NCBI RefSeq assembly: GCF_052907965.1
Contig: NZ_CM128593.1
Length of the DNA stretch: 32,000 nt
Reading direction: 5' to 3' (one strand)
The first letter of the stretch is position 1. The number at the start of each line of letters is the position of its first letter. The translations under genes and the position numbers were made by a program. Under the pieces are notes generated by a model that made no database searches, was not told where the DNA came from, and saw nothing but the letters and a program-made list of their open reading frames with translations. This document shows, one piece after another, positions 1 through 18,890 of the stretch.

Positions 1-130
1 TATCAGCAGGTCAAGAATTAAGTCACTGGTTGTCTGCATATTGCTTTTTAGCAATCATGTAATACTGCACTTTTGTACCACGGGTGGTACTTTTTGCTCT
101 TCTAGCAATCGCCAAATCGTTTTGTGATTA

Positions 131-319
131 CTATTTTTTTTGTGTAATTTCATTTTTCGAAATCATATCTTGTTTTGCATCGTTTAAATATTCATCTATC
201 AGATAATTCACGATCTCCGACCATTTTGTGACTTTTCCTGTTTTGGCTGTGATATCTACGGCTGCTCTTTCTATTCTCAGATATCTCTCGTTGCTTATAC
301 CAATACTTTTCCTGCTCAT
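131..319 (-). CDS. Small phage transcriptional regulator or repressor candidate (ribbon-helix-helix-like), divergent from rep
   Basis: 62-aa ORF with an AGGAG Shine-Dalgarno 8 nt upstream of the ATG. The N-terminal KSIGISNERYLRIERAA fits a beta-strand plus helix RHH pattern. Its position and orientation are analogous to rstR of CTXphi. Confidence 0.6.
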   Translation of the reverse strand: MSRKSIGISNERYLRIERAAVDITAKTGKVTKWSEIVNYLIDEYLNDAKQDMISKNEITQKK

Positions 320-2467
<2,148 letters not shown>

Positions 2468-2497
2468 CTGAATTTTTAACATTGAGGAGTCTGCTTT

Positions 2498-2923
2498 ATG
2501 AATCAAATTTACGACAGTTTTCCGTTTCCTTCCCCTGAGGGTTTTACCTCAGGCATGACAATGGCGGGATATTTTATTCACGCCACTGTCATAAATGATG
2601 AGGAGTTAAAACCCACGGGTTCTCATTATAACCCTGAGGCTAAACCCAAATATGCCATTGTTATTGCCTATCCGTATGAGGACCGAAAATTAAAAGTCCG
2701 CCGTGAGGAGCATGAGCGATTTTCCTGTACTGAGGAGGATTTTAAATTTTTTAATTCATGTCCTGATTTGCAGGGCAAACCTGTTTATCTCACGGTGGAT
2801 GTTAACTCATGGTCGACAGGCTCAGAACGTCATGGTGTCTGGTATCGTTTTATTTCCGGCTCCATGAAACGTTTTGACGGTCAGCCGCTGGGTGCACTGC
2901 CCGCAGGTAAAGAAAAAGGCTGA
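2498..2923 (+). CDS. Hypothetical protein; ssDNA-binding (gene V analogue) candidate by position
   Basis: 141-aa ORF with a GAGGAG Shine-Dalgarno upstream, immediately after rep as in Ff phages. I recognise no sequence motif. Confidence 0.7.
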   Translation: MNQIYDSFPFPSPEGFTSGMTMAGYFIHATVINDEELKPTGSHYNPEAKPKYAIVIAYPYEDRKLKVRREEHERFSCTEEDFKFFNSCPDLQGKPVYLTVDVNSWSTGSERHGVWYRFISGSMKRFDGQPLGALPAGKEKG

Positions 2924-2927
2924 TGAT

Positions 2928-3068
2928 ATGTCTGACGCTGATTTTCTGAACTTTGTTTTATTTGCTGCGCCTGCAATGATTTTATTTTCTTCAGGTTTTG
3001 GCATCGGAATAAAACTGATTCGCGCCTGTGACTCACAAAGCATTACTGTTCAGCGTTATTATGACTGA
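2928..3068 (+). CDS. Small hydrophobic protein, candidate minor coat protein (pVII-like)
   Basis: 46 aa starting at the internal ATG of ORF 2874-3068, which begins 4 nt after the preceding stop. One predicted TM helix (FLNFVLFAAPAMILFSSGFGIGI). Position matches Ff gene VII. Confidence 0.55.
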   Translation: MSDADFLNFVLFAAPAMILFSSGFGIGIKLIRACDSQSITVQRYYD

Positions 3069-3231
3069 ATTTGATTTCAGCGGTGTTTTATCCGCACTGA
3101 ATTCTGGCGTACAGGACGGGGAGCTTTACTGGTCCGTTCTTTATGTCTGGATTGTCTGCTGGCTTCTTGGCTTTGGTCTTGGTGTTATTTTCACTCTGGT
3201 CTGCCGGATGTTCAGTGATGCTGTTAATTAA
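3061..3231 (+). CDS. Small hydrophobic protein, candidate minor coat protein (pIX-like)
   Basis: 56 aa starting at ATG 3061, which overlaps the upstream stop (tattATGActga coupling). TM helix WSVLYVWIVCWLLGFGLGVIFTLV. Confidence 0.55.
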   Translation: MTEFDFSGVLSALNSGVQDGELYWSVLYVWIVCWLLGFGLGVIFTLVCRMFSDAVN

Positions 3232-3237
3232 TTTTAA

Positions 3238-3498
<261 letters not shown>

Positions 3499-3513
3499 TA
3501 GTTATTTAACGAC

Positions 3514-3537
3514 AGCGCCCTCCGGGGCGCTTTTTTA
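3514..3537 (+). terminator. Rho-independent terminator after the major coat gene
   Basis: AGCGCCC-tccg-GGGCGCT stem-loop followed by TTTTTT. Confidence 0.85.
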
Positions 3538-3558
3538 ATCATACCAGGAGTGTTTTGT

Positions 3559-4914
3559 TTGATTCACTTTATTATTCCGCTTCTGTTTTTGTTCTTTTCC
3601 TCGTTTTCTTTCGCTGAAGAGAAAGAAAATCCGGATGCACTTGTTCAGTGTGCAGGCCATTCATCCTGCAGGACAGATTATTCGGACGCGGGGACGTCGA
3701 TTAAATTAGCCAGGGCGGCCGGTCATCTTTTCTGTGGTTCGGGCAGTTATGACGCATGTTCCGGAATAATTCATTATTGTGGTGTGCCACTTTCCACGCC
3801 TGTTAATGCACCTTCGACTGTCGGGTCTTTTGTCCGTGCCCGGTGGTCAGCATATAAAGTCTGGGATTCAGACAAGCAAAAGTGGACAGCCTGCACCCTT
3901 GCTTTTCAGGGTGGTGAGGGGGATTTGACACCTGAATATAATAAGCCGCCAACTGACGAGATTTGTCTTTCTCGTCCGGTTCTTGATGGTATGACTTTTT
4001 CTGATGTTTATAAAGGTGATGACGGGACCCGTTATGTTAATGTGCAGGGGTGTATTTATGAGGCAACCGGCAATCCTCTTATTTGTAATCCCGATGATGA
4101 TACAGTTTGTACTGCCGACTGGAAACCAGTTGCTGTAGATCCTGCATTCTCCGATGGTAAGGAGGATGGCGGTAGCTCAGGTGGTGGCAGTTCCGGTGGT
4201 GGTAACCCAGGCGGCGGCAGTTCCGGTGGTGGTTCAGGTTCTGGCTCCGGTGGTTCATCCGGTAGCGGTGGCTCCGGCTCGGGTTCCGGCGGCTCATCCG
4301 GCAGTGGTGGTTCAGGTTCTGGCTCCGGTGGTTCATCCGGTAGCGGTGGCTCCGGCTCGGGCTCCGGCGGTTCATCCGGTAGCGGTAGTTCAGGTTCAGG
4401 ATCCGGTGGCTCATCCGGCGATGACAATGGCTGGCTTGATGGTATTTTGGGCTGGTTAAAAACAATATGGGTGTCAGTGAATGATTTAAATAATGCTTTT
4501 TCTGTTTCTCAGGCTGATATGAATAATGCATTAAATTCACTGGACAATGGTATTAAAGATATTAGTCAGAATATAGCTTCTTCTTTGCCTGATGGGGATT
4601 TCCCTTTAGGGGAGCTTTCGCATTATTTGCCAGGACAGGGAAGTGAGAGTCATGATAATAACAATTGGCTTACAGTTAATATTGACAAACTGGTAAATAC
4701 AAATAATGGAACTGCTCTTCCTTTTACTTTACAGTTTAGCTTTAATCTTCCGTTGATTGGCGCGATTAATTTCAAGATTGATACAAGCCATTTTGCAAAA
4801 GCTTATGACGATTATGTTCGTTCTGTTCTTGAATATGCTATTTATATGATAACCATGTTACGCGTTTTTGTTATTTCTCGCCGTACATTATTTGAACGTG
4901 AGGTAAAACTCTGA
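3559..4914 (+). CDS. pIII-like minor coat / host adsorption protein
   Basis: The ORF is open from GTG 3550, but TTG 3559 has better spacing from AGGAG (3546-3550). It has a signal peptide ending SFSFA, a Cys-rich N-terminal domain, a long Gly/Ser linker and a C-terminal hydrophobic anchor, which is the architecture of Ff pIII. Confidence 0.85.
   Translation: MIHFIIPLLFLFFSSFSFAEEKENPDALVQCAGHSSCRTDYSDAGTSIKLARAAGHLFCGSGSYDACSGIIHYCGVPLSTPVNAPSTVGSFVRARWSAYKVWDSDKQKWTACTLAFQGGEGDLTPEYNKPPTDEICLSRPVLDGMTFSDVYKGDDGTRYVNVQGCIYEATGNPLICNPDDDTVCTADWKPVAVDPAFSDGKEDGGSSGGGSSGGGNPGGGSSGGGSGSGSGGSSGSGGSGSGSGGSSGSGGSGSGSGGSSGSGGSGSGSGGSSGSGSSGSGSGGSSGDDNGWLDGILGWLKTIWVSVNDLNNAFSVSQADMNNALNSLDNGIKDISQNIASSLPDGDFPLGELSHYLPGQGSESHDNNNWLTVNIDKLVNTNNGTALPFTLQFSFNLPLIGAINFKIDTSHFAKAYDDYVRSVLEYAIYMITMLRVFVISRRTLFEREVKL
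4231..4425. repeat. Five in-frame 39-bp tandem repeats (alternating variants, so an effective 78-bp period) encoding the Gly/Ser linker of pIII
   Basis: The unit ggttcaggttctggctccggtggttcatccggtagcggt and diverged copies start at 4231, 4270, 4309, 4348 and 4387. Confidence 0.9.
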
Positions 4915-5273
4915 TGTGGGCCATTTTAGGTGCTTTTTTTGTTGATGTTGTTTTAAAATCACTACGTTTCATTGCAGGAGTTATCGGTGATAAAGCTGTT
5001 GCATGGGCTAAGCTCCTTTCTTATCTTGGTCTTTGCTACACTTCATATTATGCTCTTGTATCTGCCGTCAATTTTATTATTCGTCAAATCTCCGATGTTA
5101 ATAAACTCGATGTTATTGTAGTTGCATTCAGTTACCTTCCTTTAAATATTCAGTACTGTTTTAATATCATCCTCCATGTTCAATTTATTTCATACATATA
5201 TCTTTATAAGGATAGAGTGTATCGATTGGTTTATGATTTATTTAAATCAAATGGGCTTAATGTTGGCAAGTAA
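4914..5273 (+). CDS. pVI-like minor coat protein
   Basis: 119-aa hydrophobic protein whose ATG overlaps the pIII stop (ctcTGATGtgg). The segment LPLNIQYCFNIILHVQFISYIYLYK resembles f1 pVI LPSNALPCFYVILSVKAAIFIFDVK (recalled from memory). Confidence 0.8.
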   Translation: MWAILGAFFVDVVLKSLRFIAGVIGDKAVAWAKLLSYLGLCYTSYYALVSAVNFIIRQISDVNKLDVIVVAFSYLPLNIQYCFNIILHVQFISYIYLYKDRVYRLVYDLFKSNGLNVGK

Positions 5274-5287
5274 TTTTGCGGGGGTAA

Positions 5288-6502
<1,215 letters not shown>

Positions 6503-6515
6503 GACAGAGGACACT

Positions 6516-7223
<708 letters not shown>

Positions 7224-7252
7224 TATCTTCATGACTGAAAAACAGCACTTAA

Positions 7253-8470
<1,218 letters not shown>

Positions 8471-8523
8471 GTGCCGACCGGGATTATCAGGACGCGGCAT
8501 CTCAGTTTACCCACCACAACATC

Positions 8524-8556
8524 AGTGCGCATAATGTGACACGCGTTATGTTGAAA
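8524..8556 (+). other. Phage attP site 1: dif-like XerC/XerD binding arms separated by 11 nt
   Basis: AGTGCGCATAA-TGTGACACGCG-TTATGTTGAAA. It matches the dif arms GGTGCGCATAA at 10/11 and TTATGTTAAAT at 9/11. It is identical to the hybrid dif at 17263 through AGTGCGCATAATGT. Confidence 0.7.
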
Positions 8557-8559
8557 AGG

Positions 8560-8594
8560 CCGCTGCGATACTCTCCACCGCAGCGGTCTTTTTA
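8560..8594 (+). terminator. GC-rich hairpin with flanking T/A runs: a bidirectional terminator candidate and the tip of the folded attP
   Basis: CCGCTGCG (8560-8567), a 11-nt loop, CGCAGCGG (8579-8586), then tcttttt. AAAAGG precedes it, so the minus strand also reads hairpin plus CCTTTT. Confidence 0.6.
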
Positions 8595-8617
8595 TACATA
8601 ACGTCATTGTGCGCACT
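8591..8617 (-). other. Phage attP site 2: inverted dif-like site with a 5-nt central region
   Basis: The minus strand reads AGTGCGCACAA-TGACG-TTATGTATAAA (9/11 and 8/11 to the dif arms). It is inverted relative to site 1. Confidence 0.6.
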
Positions 8618-8622
8618 GAACC

Positions 8623-8778
8623 TTAAAGGATTTCAGTGTCCTTACTTAGTTTGTTGTGTATGGTCATCACCAACGGTAGGACAAGCGTTATCAGGCTGAA
8701 TATTGTCATGCCTGTGATGCTGCCAACAACAAAATGCTTTATCAGCAGGTCAAGAATTAAGTCACTGGTTGTCTGCAT
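8623..8778 (-). CDS. Possible small (51 aa) membrane protein, below the ORF-track length cut-off
   Basis: My translation is MQTTSDLILDLLIKHFVVGSITGMTIFSLITLVLPLVMTIHNKLSKDTEIL, with one clear TM helix. It lies downstream of the regulator on the same strand and ends just before the bidirectional hairpin. The Shine-Dalgarno is weak. Confidence 0.3.
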   Translation of the reverse strand: MQTTSDLILDLLIKHFVVGSITGMTIFSLITLVLPLVMTIHNKLSKDTEIL

Positions 8779-8869
8779 ATTGCTTTTTAGCAATCATGTA
8801 ATACTGCACTTTTGTACCACGGGTGGTACTTTTTGCTCTTCTAGCAATCGCCAAATCGTTTTGTGATTA

Positions 8870-9058
8870 CTATTTTTTTTGTGTAATTTCATTTTTCGAA
8901 ATCATATCTTGTTTTGCATCGTTTAAATATTCATCTATCAGATAATTCACGATCTCCGACCATTTTGTGACTTTTCCTGTTTTGGCTGTGATATCTACGG
9001 CTGCTCTTTCTATTCTCAGATATCTCTCGTTGCTTATACCAATACTTTTCCTGCTCAT
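8870..9058 (-). CDS. Small phage regulator or repressor candidate (copy B)
   Basis: Identical to 131-319 at +8739. Confidence 0.6.
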   Translation of the reverse strand: MSRKSIGISNERYLRIERAAVDITAKTGKVTKWSEIVNYLIDEYLNDAKQDMISKNEITQKK

Positions 9059-11206
<2,148 letters not shown>

Positions 11207-11236
11207 CTGAATTTTTAACATTGAGGAGTCTGCTTT

Positions 11237-11662
11237 ATGAATCAAATTTACGACAGTTTTCCGTTTCCTTCCCCTGAGGGTTTTACCTCAGGCATGACAA
11301 TGGCGGGATATTTTATTCACGCCACTGTCATAAATGATGAGGAGTTAAAACCCACGGGTTCTCATTATAACCCTGAGGCTAAACCCAAATATGCCATTGT
11401 TATTGCCTATCCGTATGAGGACCGAAAATTAAAAGTCCGCCGTGAGGAGCATGAGCGATTTTCCTGTACTGAGGAGGATTTTAAATTTTTTAATTCATGT
11501 CCTGATTTGCAGGGCAAACCTGTTTATCTCACGGTGGATGTTAACTCATGGTCGACAGGCTCAGAACGTCATGGTGTCTGGTATCGTTTTATTTCCGGCT
11601 CCATGAAACGTTTTGACGGTCAGCCGCTGGGTGCACTGCCCGCAGGTAAAGAAAAAGGCTGA
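11237..11662 (+). CDS. Hypothetical protein; ssDNA-binding candidate (copy B)
   Basis: Identical to 2498-2923 at +8739. Confidence 0.7.
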   Translation: MNQIYDSFPFPSPEGFTSGMTMAGYFIHATVINDEELKPTGSHYNPEAKPKYAIVIAYPYEDRKLKVRREEHERFSCTEEDFKFFNSCPDLQGKPVYLTVDVNSWSTGSERHGVWYRFISGSMKRFDGQPLGALPAGKEKG

Positions 11663-11666
11663 TGAT

Positions 11667-11807
11667 ATGTCTGACGCTGATTTTCTGAACTTTGTTTTAT
11701 TTGCTGCGCCTGCAATGATTTTATTTTCTTCAGGTTTTGGCATCGGAATAAAACTGATTCGCGCCTGTGACTCACAAAGCATTACTGTTCAGCGTTATTA
11801 TGACTGA
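11667..11807 (+). CDS. Small hydrophobic minor-coat candidate (copy B)
   Basis: Identical to 2928-3068 at +8739. Confidence 0.55.
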   Translation: MSDADFLNFVLFAAPAMILFSSGFGIGIKLIRACDSQSITVQRYYD

Positions 11808-11970
11808 ATTTGATTTCAGCGGTGTTTTATCCGCACTGAATTCTGGCGTACAGGACGGGGAGCTTTACTGGTCCGTTCTTTATGTCTGGATTGTCTGCTG
11901 GCTTCTTGGCTTTGGTCTTGGTGTTATTTTCACTCTGGTCTGCCGGATGTTCAGTGATGCTGTTAATTAA
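11800..11970 (+). CDS. Small hydrophobic minor-coat candidate (copy B)
   Basis: Identical to 3061-3231 at +8739. Confidence 0.55.
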   Translation: MTEFDFSGVLSALNSGVQDGELYWSVLYVWIVCWLLGFGLGVIFTLVCRMFSDAVN

Positions 11971-11976
11971 TTTTAA

Positions 11977-12237
<261 letters not shown>

Positions 12238-12252
12238 TAGTTATTTAACGAC

Positions 12253-12276
12253 AGCGCCCTCCGGGGCGCTTTTTTA
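12253..12276 (+). terminator. Rho-independent terminator after the coat gene (copy B)
   Basis: Identical to 3514-3537 at +8739. Confidence 0.85.
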
Positions 12277-12297
12277 ATCATACCAGGAGTGTTTTGT

Positions 12298-13653
12298 TTG
12301 ATTCACTTTATTATTCCGCTTCTGTTTTTGTTCTTTTCCTCGTTTTCTTTCGCTGAAGAGAAAGAAAATCCGGATGCACTTGTTCAGTGTGCAGGCCATT
12401 CATCCTGCAGGACAGATTATTCGGACGCGGGGACGTCGATTAAATTAGCCAGGGCGGCCGGTCATCTTTTCTGTGGTTCGGGCAGTTATGACGCATGTTC
12501 CGGAATAATTCATTATTGTGGTGTGCCACTTTCCACGCCTGTTAATGCACCTTCGACTGTCGGGTCTTTTGTCCGTGCCCGGTGGTCAGCATATAAAGTC
12601 TGGGATTCAGACAAGCAAAAGTGGACAGCCTGCACCCTTGCTTTTCAGGGTGGTGAGGGGGATTTGACACCTGAATATAATAAGCCGCCAACTGACGAGA
12701 TTTGTCTTTCTCGTCCGGTTCTTGATGGTATGACTTTTTCTGATGTTTATAAAGGTGATGACGGGACCCGTTATGTTAATGTGCAGGGGTGTATTTATGA
12801 GGCAACCGGCAATCCTCTTATTTGTAATCCCGATGATGATACAGTTTGTACTGCCGACTGGAAACCAGTTGCTGTAGATCCTGCATTCTCCGATGGTAAG
12901 GAGGATGGCGGTAGCTCAGGTGGTGGCAGTTCCGGTGGTGGTAACCCAGGCGGCGGCAGTTCCGGTGGTGGTTCAGGTTCTGGCTCCGGTGGTTCATCCG
13001 GTAGCGGTGGCTCCGGCTCGGGTTCCGGCGGCTCATCCGGCAGTGGTGGTTCAGGTTCTGGCTCCGGTGGTTCATCCGGTAGCGGTGGCTCCGGCTCGGG
13101 CTCCGGCGGTTCATCCGGTAGCGGTAGTTCAGGTTCAGGATCCGGTGGCTCATCCGGCGATGACAATGGCTGGCTTGATGGTATTTTGGGCTGGTTAAAA
13201 ACAATATGGGTGTCAGTGAATGATTTAAATAATGCTTTTTCTGTTTCTCAGGCTGATATGAATAATGCATTAAATTCACTGGACAATGGTATTAAAGATA
13301 TTAGTCAGAATATAGCTTCTTCTTTGCCTGATGGGGATTTCCCTTTAGGGGAGCTTTCGCATTATTTGCCAGGACAGGGAAGTGAGAGTCATGATAATAA
13401 CAATTGGCTTACAGTTAATATTGACAAACTGGTAAATACAAATAATGGAACTGCTCTTCCTTTTACTTTACAGTTTAGCTTTAATCTTCCGTTGATTGGC
13501 GCGATTAATTTCAAGATTGATACAAGCCATTTTGCAAAAGCTTATGACGATTATGTTCGTTCTGTTCTTGAATATGCTATTTATATGATAACCATGTTAC
13601 GCGTTTTTGTTATTTCTCGCCGTACATTATTTGAACGTGAGGTAAAACTCTGA
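12298..13653 (+). CDS. pIII-like adsorption protein (copy B)
   Basis: Identical to 3559-4914 at +8739. Confidence 0.85.
   Translation: MIHFIIPLLFLFFSSFSFAEEKENPDALVQCAGHSSCRTDYSDAGTSIKLARAAGHLFCGSGSYDACSGIIHYCGVPLSTPVNAPSTVGSFVRARWSAYKVWDSDKQKWTACTLAFQGGEGDLTPEYNKPPTDEICLSRPVLDGMTFSDVYKGDDGTRYVNVQGCIYEATGNPLICNPDDDTVCTADWKPVAVDPAFSDGKEDGGSSGGGSSGGGNPGGGSSGGGSGSGSGGSSGSGGSGSGSGGSSGSGGSGSGSGGSSGSGGSGSGSGGSSGSGSSGSGSGGSSGDDNGWLDGILGWLKTIWVSVNDLNNAFSVSQADMNNALNSLDNGIKDISQNIASSLPDGDFPLGELSHYLPGQGSESHDNNNWLTVNIDKLVNTNNGTALPFTLQFSFNLPLIGAINFKIDTSHFAKAYDDYVRSVLEYAIYMITMLRVFVISRRTLFEREVKL
12970..13164. repeat. 39-bp in-frame Gly/Ser repeats (copy B)
   Basis: Identical to 4231-4425 at +8739, with the same repeat number in both copies. 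Confidence 0.9.
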
Positions 13654-14012
13654 TGTGGGCCATTTTAGGTGCTTTTTTTGTTGATGTTGTTTTAAAATCA
13701 CTACGTTTCATTGCAGGAGTTATCGGTGATAAAGCTGTTGCATGGGCTAAGCTCCTTTCTTATCTTGGTCTTTGCTACACTTCATATTATGCTCTTGTAT
13801 CTGCCGTCAATTTTATTATTCGTCAAATCTCCGATGTTAATAAACTCGATGTTATTGTAGTTGCATTCAGTTACCTTCCTTTAAATATTCAGTACTGTTT
13901 TAATATCATCCTCCATGTTCAATTTATTTCATACATATATCTTTATAAGGATAGAGTGTATCGATTGGTTTATGATTTATTTAAATCAAATGGGCTTAAT
14001 GTTGGCAAGTAA
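13653..14012 (+). CDS. pVI-like minor coat protein (copy B)
   Basis: Identical to 4914-5273 at +8739. Confidence 0.8.
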   Translation: MWAILGAFFVDVVLKSLRFIAGVIGDKAVAWAKLLSYLGLCYTSYYALVSAVNFIIRQISDVNKLDVIVVAFSYLPLNIQYCFNIILHVQFISYIYLYKDRVYRLVYDLFKSNGLNVGK

Positions 14013-14026
14013 TTTTGCGGGGGTAA

Positions 14027-15241
<1,215 letters not shown>

Positions 15242-15254
15242 GACAGAGGACACT

Positions 15255-15962
<708 letters not shown>

Positions 15963-15991
15963 TATCTTCATGACTGAAAAACAGCACTTAA

Positions 15992-17209
<1,218 letters not shown>

Positions 17210-17262
17210 GTGCCGACCGGGATTATCAGGACGCGGCATCTCAGTTTACCCACCACAACATC

Positions 17263-17290
17263 AGTGCGCATAATGTATATTATGTTAAAT
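17263..17290 (+). other. dif: dif (XerCD chromosome-dimer resolution site), hybrid prophage-chromosome right junction
   Basis: AGTGCGCATAATGTATATTATGTTAAAT matches the canonical E. coli dif GGTGCGCATAATGTATATTATGTTAAAT (recalled) at 27/28. Phage identity stops after ...TAATGT (17276). Confidence 0.85.
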
Positions 17291-17526
17291 CGCATCTGAG
17301 TGATACGGAGTGATTTTCCGGTAGTCGTTATTCGTTCAGGGTTCCAGAACTTAAGCCTCTCCTCTTTCATAATTGGCCTGTGCATGCCGGATATAGGCTG
17401 GCTGGTATGCAGATTTGCCGTTTGCCGCATCTTCCCAGCGTTGAAGACTCAAGCTGGTAAACCGCGTGCAAATGAGCACGCCCTCTTTCCATCAACACTT
17501 CAGATAGAAAATGCAGAGCGCCTGCA

Positions 17527-17757
17527 ATGCTTCGGTTTCGTCGCAGCGGTAGCAAACTCACTCTTATTAATCCAACGCCCTACTTCATTACCGTAACAAA
17601 TATGAAAGCAGGAAATAGCAATCTCCCAAACACCATGGTGCCGCCAAAAGGTGAAGTATCGGTGGATATCCCGCATGCTGCCACCGGGGATATCAGTTTT
17701 CAGACGATCAATGATTACGGCGCATTAACTCCGCGTATTAAGGCAACCATGCAGTAA
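17527..17757 (+). pseudogene. Fimbrial periplasmic chaperone, C-terminal fragment only (FimC family)
   Basis: LRFRRSGSKLTLINPTPYFITVTNMKAGN...INDYGALTPRIKATMQ parallels the FimC C-terminus (LRFRRSANSLTLINPTPYYLTVTELNAG...INDYGALTPKM). The N-terminal ~150 aa are absent, and an in-frame stop lies at 17473. Confidence 0.8.
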
Positions 17758-17798
17758 GCCAGTGACCTAATTAATAATAAACTCAATCGGAATTAATA

Positions 17799-18890
17799 AT
17801 GACAGCCTTTCGTGCCGCATTTAAGGCATATCGTTTGCATCAGGTGTTACTACTGCCTCGCTTTGTACGGCTTACCATTGCCCTTGGCTTAGCAACTGCG
17901 GTATTTCCCGTTGACGCAGAGTATTATTTTAATCCACGGTTTTTAAGCAATGATCTTGCTGAATCTGTCGATTTATCCGCCTTTACTAAGGGACGCGAGG
18001 CACCACCTGGTACATATCGGATCGACATTTATTTGAACGACGAATTTATGACTAGTCGGGATATTACTTTTATTGCAGATGATAATAATGCAGATCTCAT
18101 CCCATGCCTGAGTACAGATCTTCTTGTCAGTCTTGGCATAAAAAAATCTGCGTTATTAGACAATAAGGAACATTCAGCAGAAAAACATGTGCCGGACAAC
18201 AGCGCATGCACACCACTTCAGGATCGTTTGGTCGACGCATCAACTGAGTTTGATGTTGGTCAGCAACATCTGTCACTCTCCGTTCCGCAAATTTATGTTG
18301 GCAGAATGGCTCGCGGCTATGTTTCTCCTGATCTGTGGGAAGAAGGAATAAATGCAGGGCTTCTAAACTATAGTTTTAATAGTAATTCTATTAATAATCG
18401 TAGTAACCATAATGCAGGAAAATCAAACTATGCATATTTGAATTTACAGAGTGGCATCAACATTGGTAGTTGGCGACTACGCGATAACTCAACGTGGAGT
18501 TATAACAGTGGGAGTAGCAATTCATCTGACAGCAATAAATGGCAGCATATCAATACGTCGGCTGAACGTGACATTATTCCCTTACGCTCACGGTTAACGG
18601 TAGGTGATAGTTATACCGATGGCGATATTTTTGATAGTGTGAACTTTCGTGGCCTCAAAATAAATTCAACAGAAGCGATGTTGCCCGATAGCCAACATGG
18701 TTTCGCTCCGGTGATTCATGGTATTGCCCGTGGCACCGCACAAGTGAGTGTAAAACAGAACGGATACGATGTTTATCAGACTACTGTTCCACCCGGCCCT
18801 TTTACTATTGATGATATCAACTCTGCGGCCAATGGTGGTGATCTGCAAGTAACCATAAAAGAGGCAGACGGCAGTATTCAGACATTATAG
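17799..18890 (+). pseudogene. ydeT: Fimbrial usher (FimD family), N-terminal 363 aa only, truncated by deletion
   Basis: N-terminus with YFNPRFLSNDLAESVDLSAFTKGREAPPGTYRIDIYLN, typical of FimD-type ushers, which are ~850-880 aa. It stops at TAG 18888-18890 after ...DGSIQTL. The locus is equivalent to the K-12 yde/F9 usher, though the surviving portion may differ from K-12. Confidence 0.75.

Noticed and set aside
40-133. Possible read-through or frameshift extension of the 62-aa regulator past TAG TAA into a 33-codon open stretch with a faint HTH-like pattern, next to an A8 run.
   Set aside because: Two consecutive stop codons make read-through implausible. The -1 and +1 frames after the A-run give short, unconvincing peptides, and the HTH resemblance is weak.
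4056-4540. Pro/Glu-rich (4056-4427 minus), His/Arg-rich (4079-4540 minus) and Val/Ala-rich (4154-4459 plus) ORFs.
   Set aside because: They are alternative-frame readings of the 39-bp Gly/Ser repeat in the pIII-like gene. Low-complexity repeats keep all frames open.
8636-8866. A 76-aa plus-strand ORF (GTG start) between the secretin and the regulator.
   Set aside because: It is Cys-rich with no Shine-Dalgarno, spans a hairpin with a T-run, and is antisense to a more plausible small membrane ORF. It is probably not coding.
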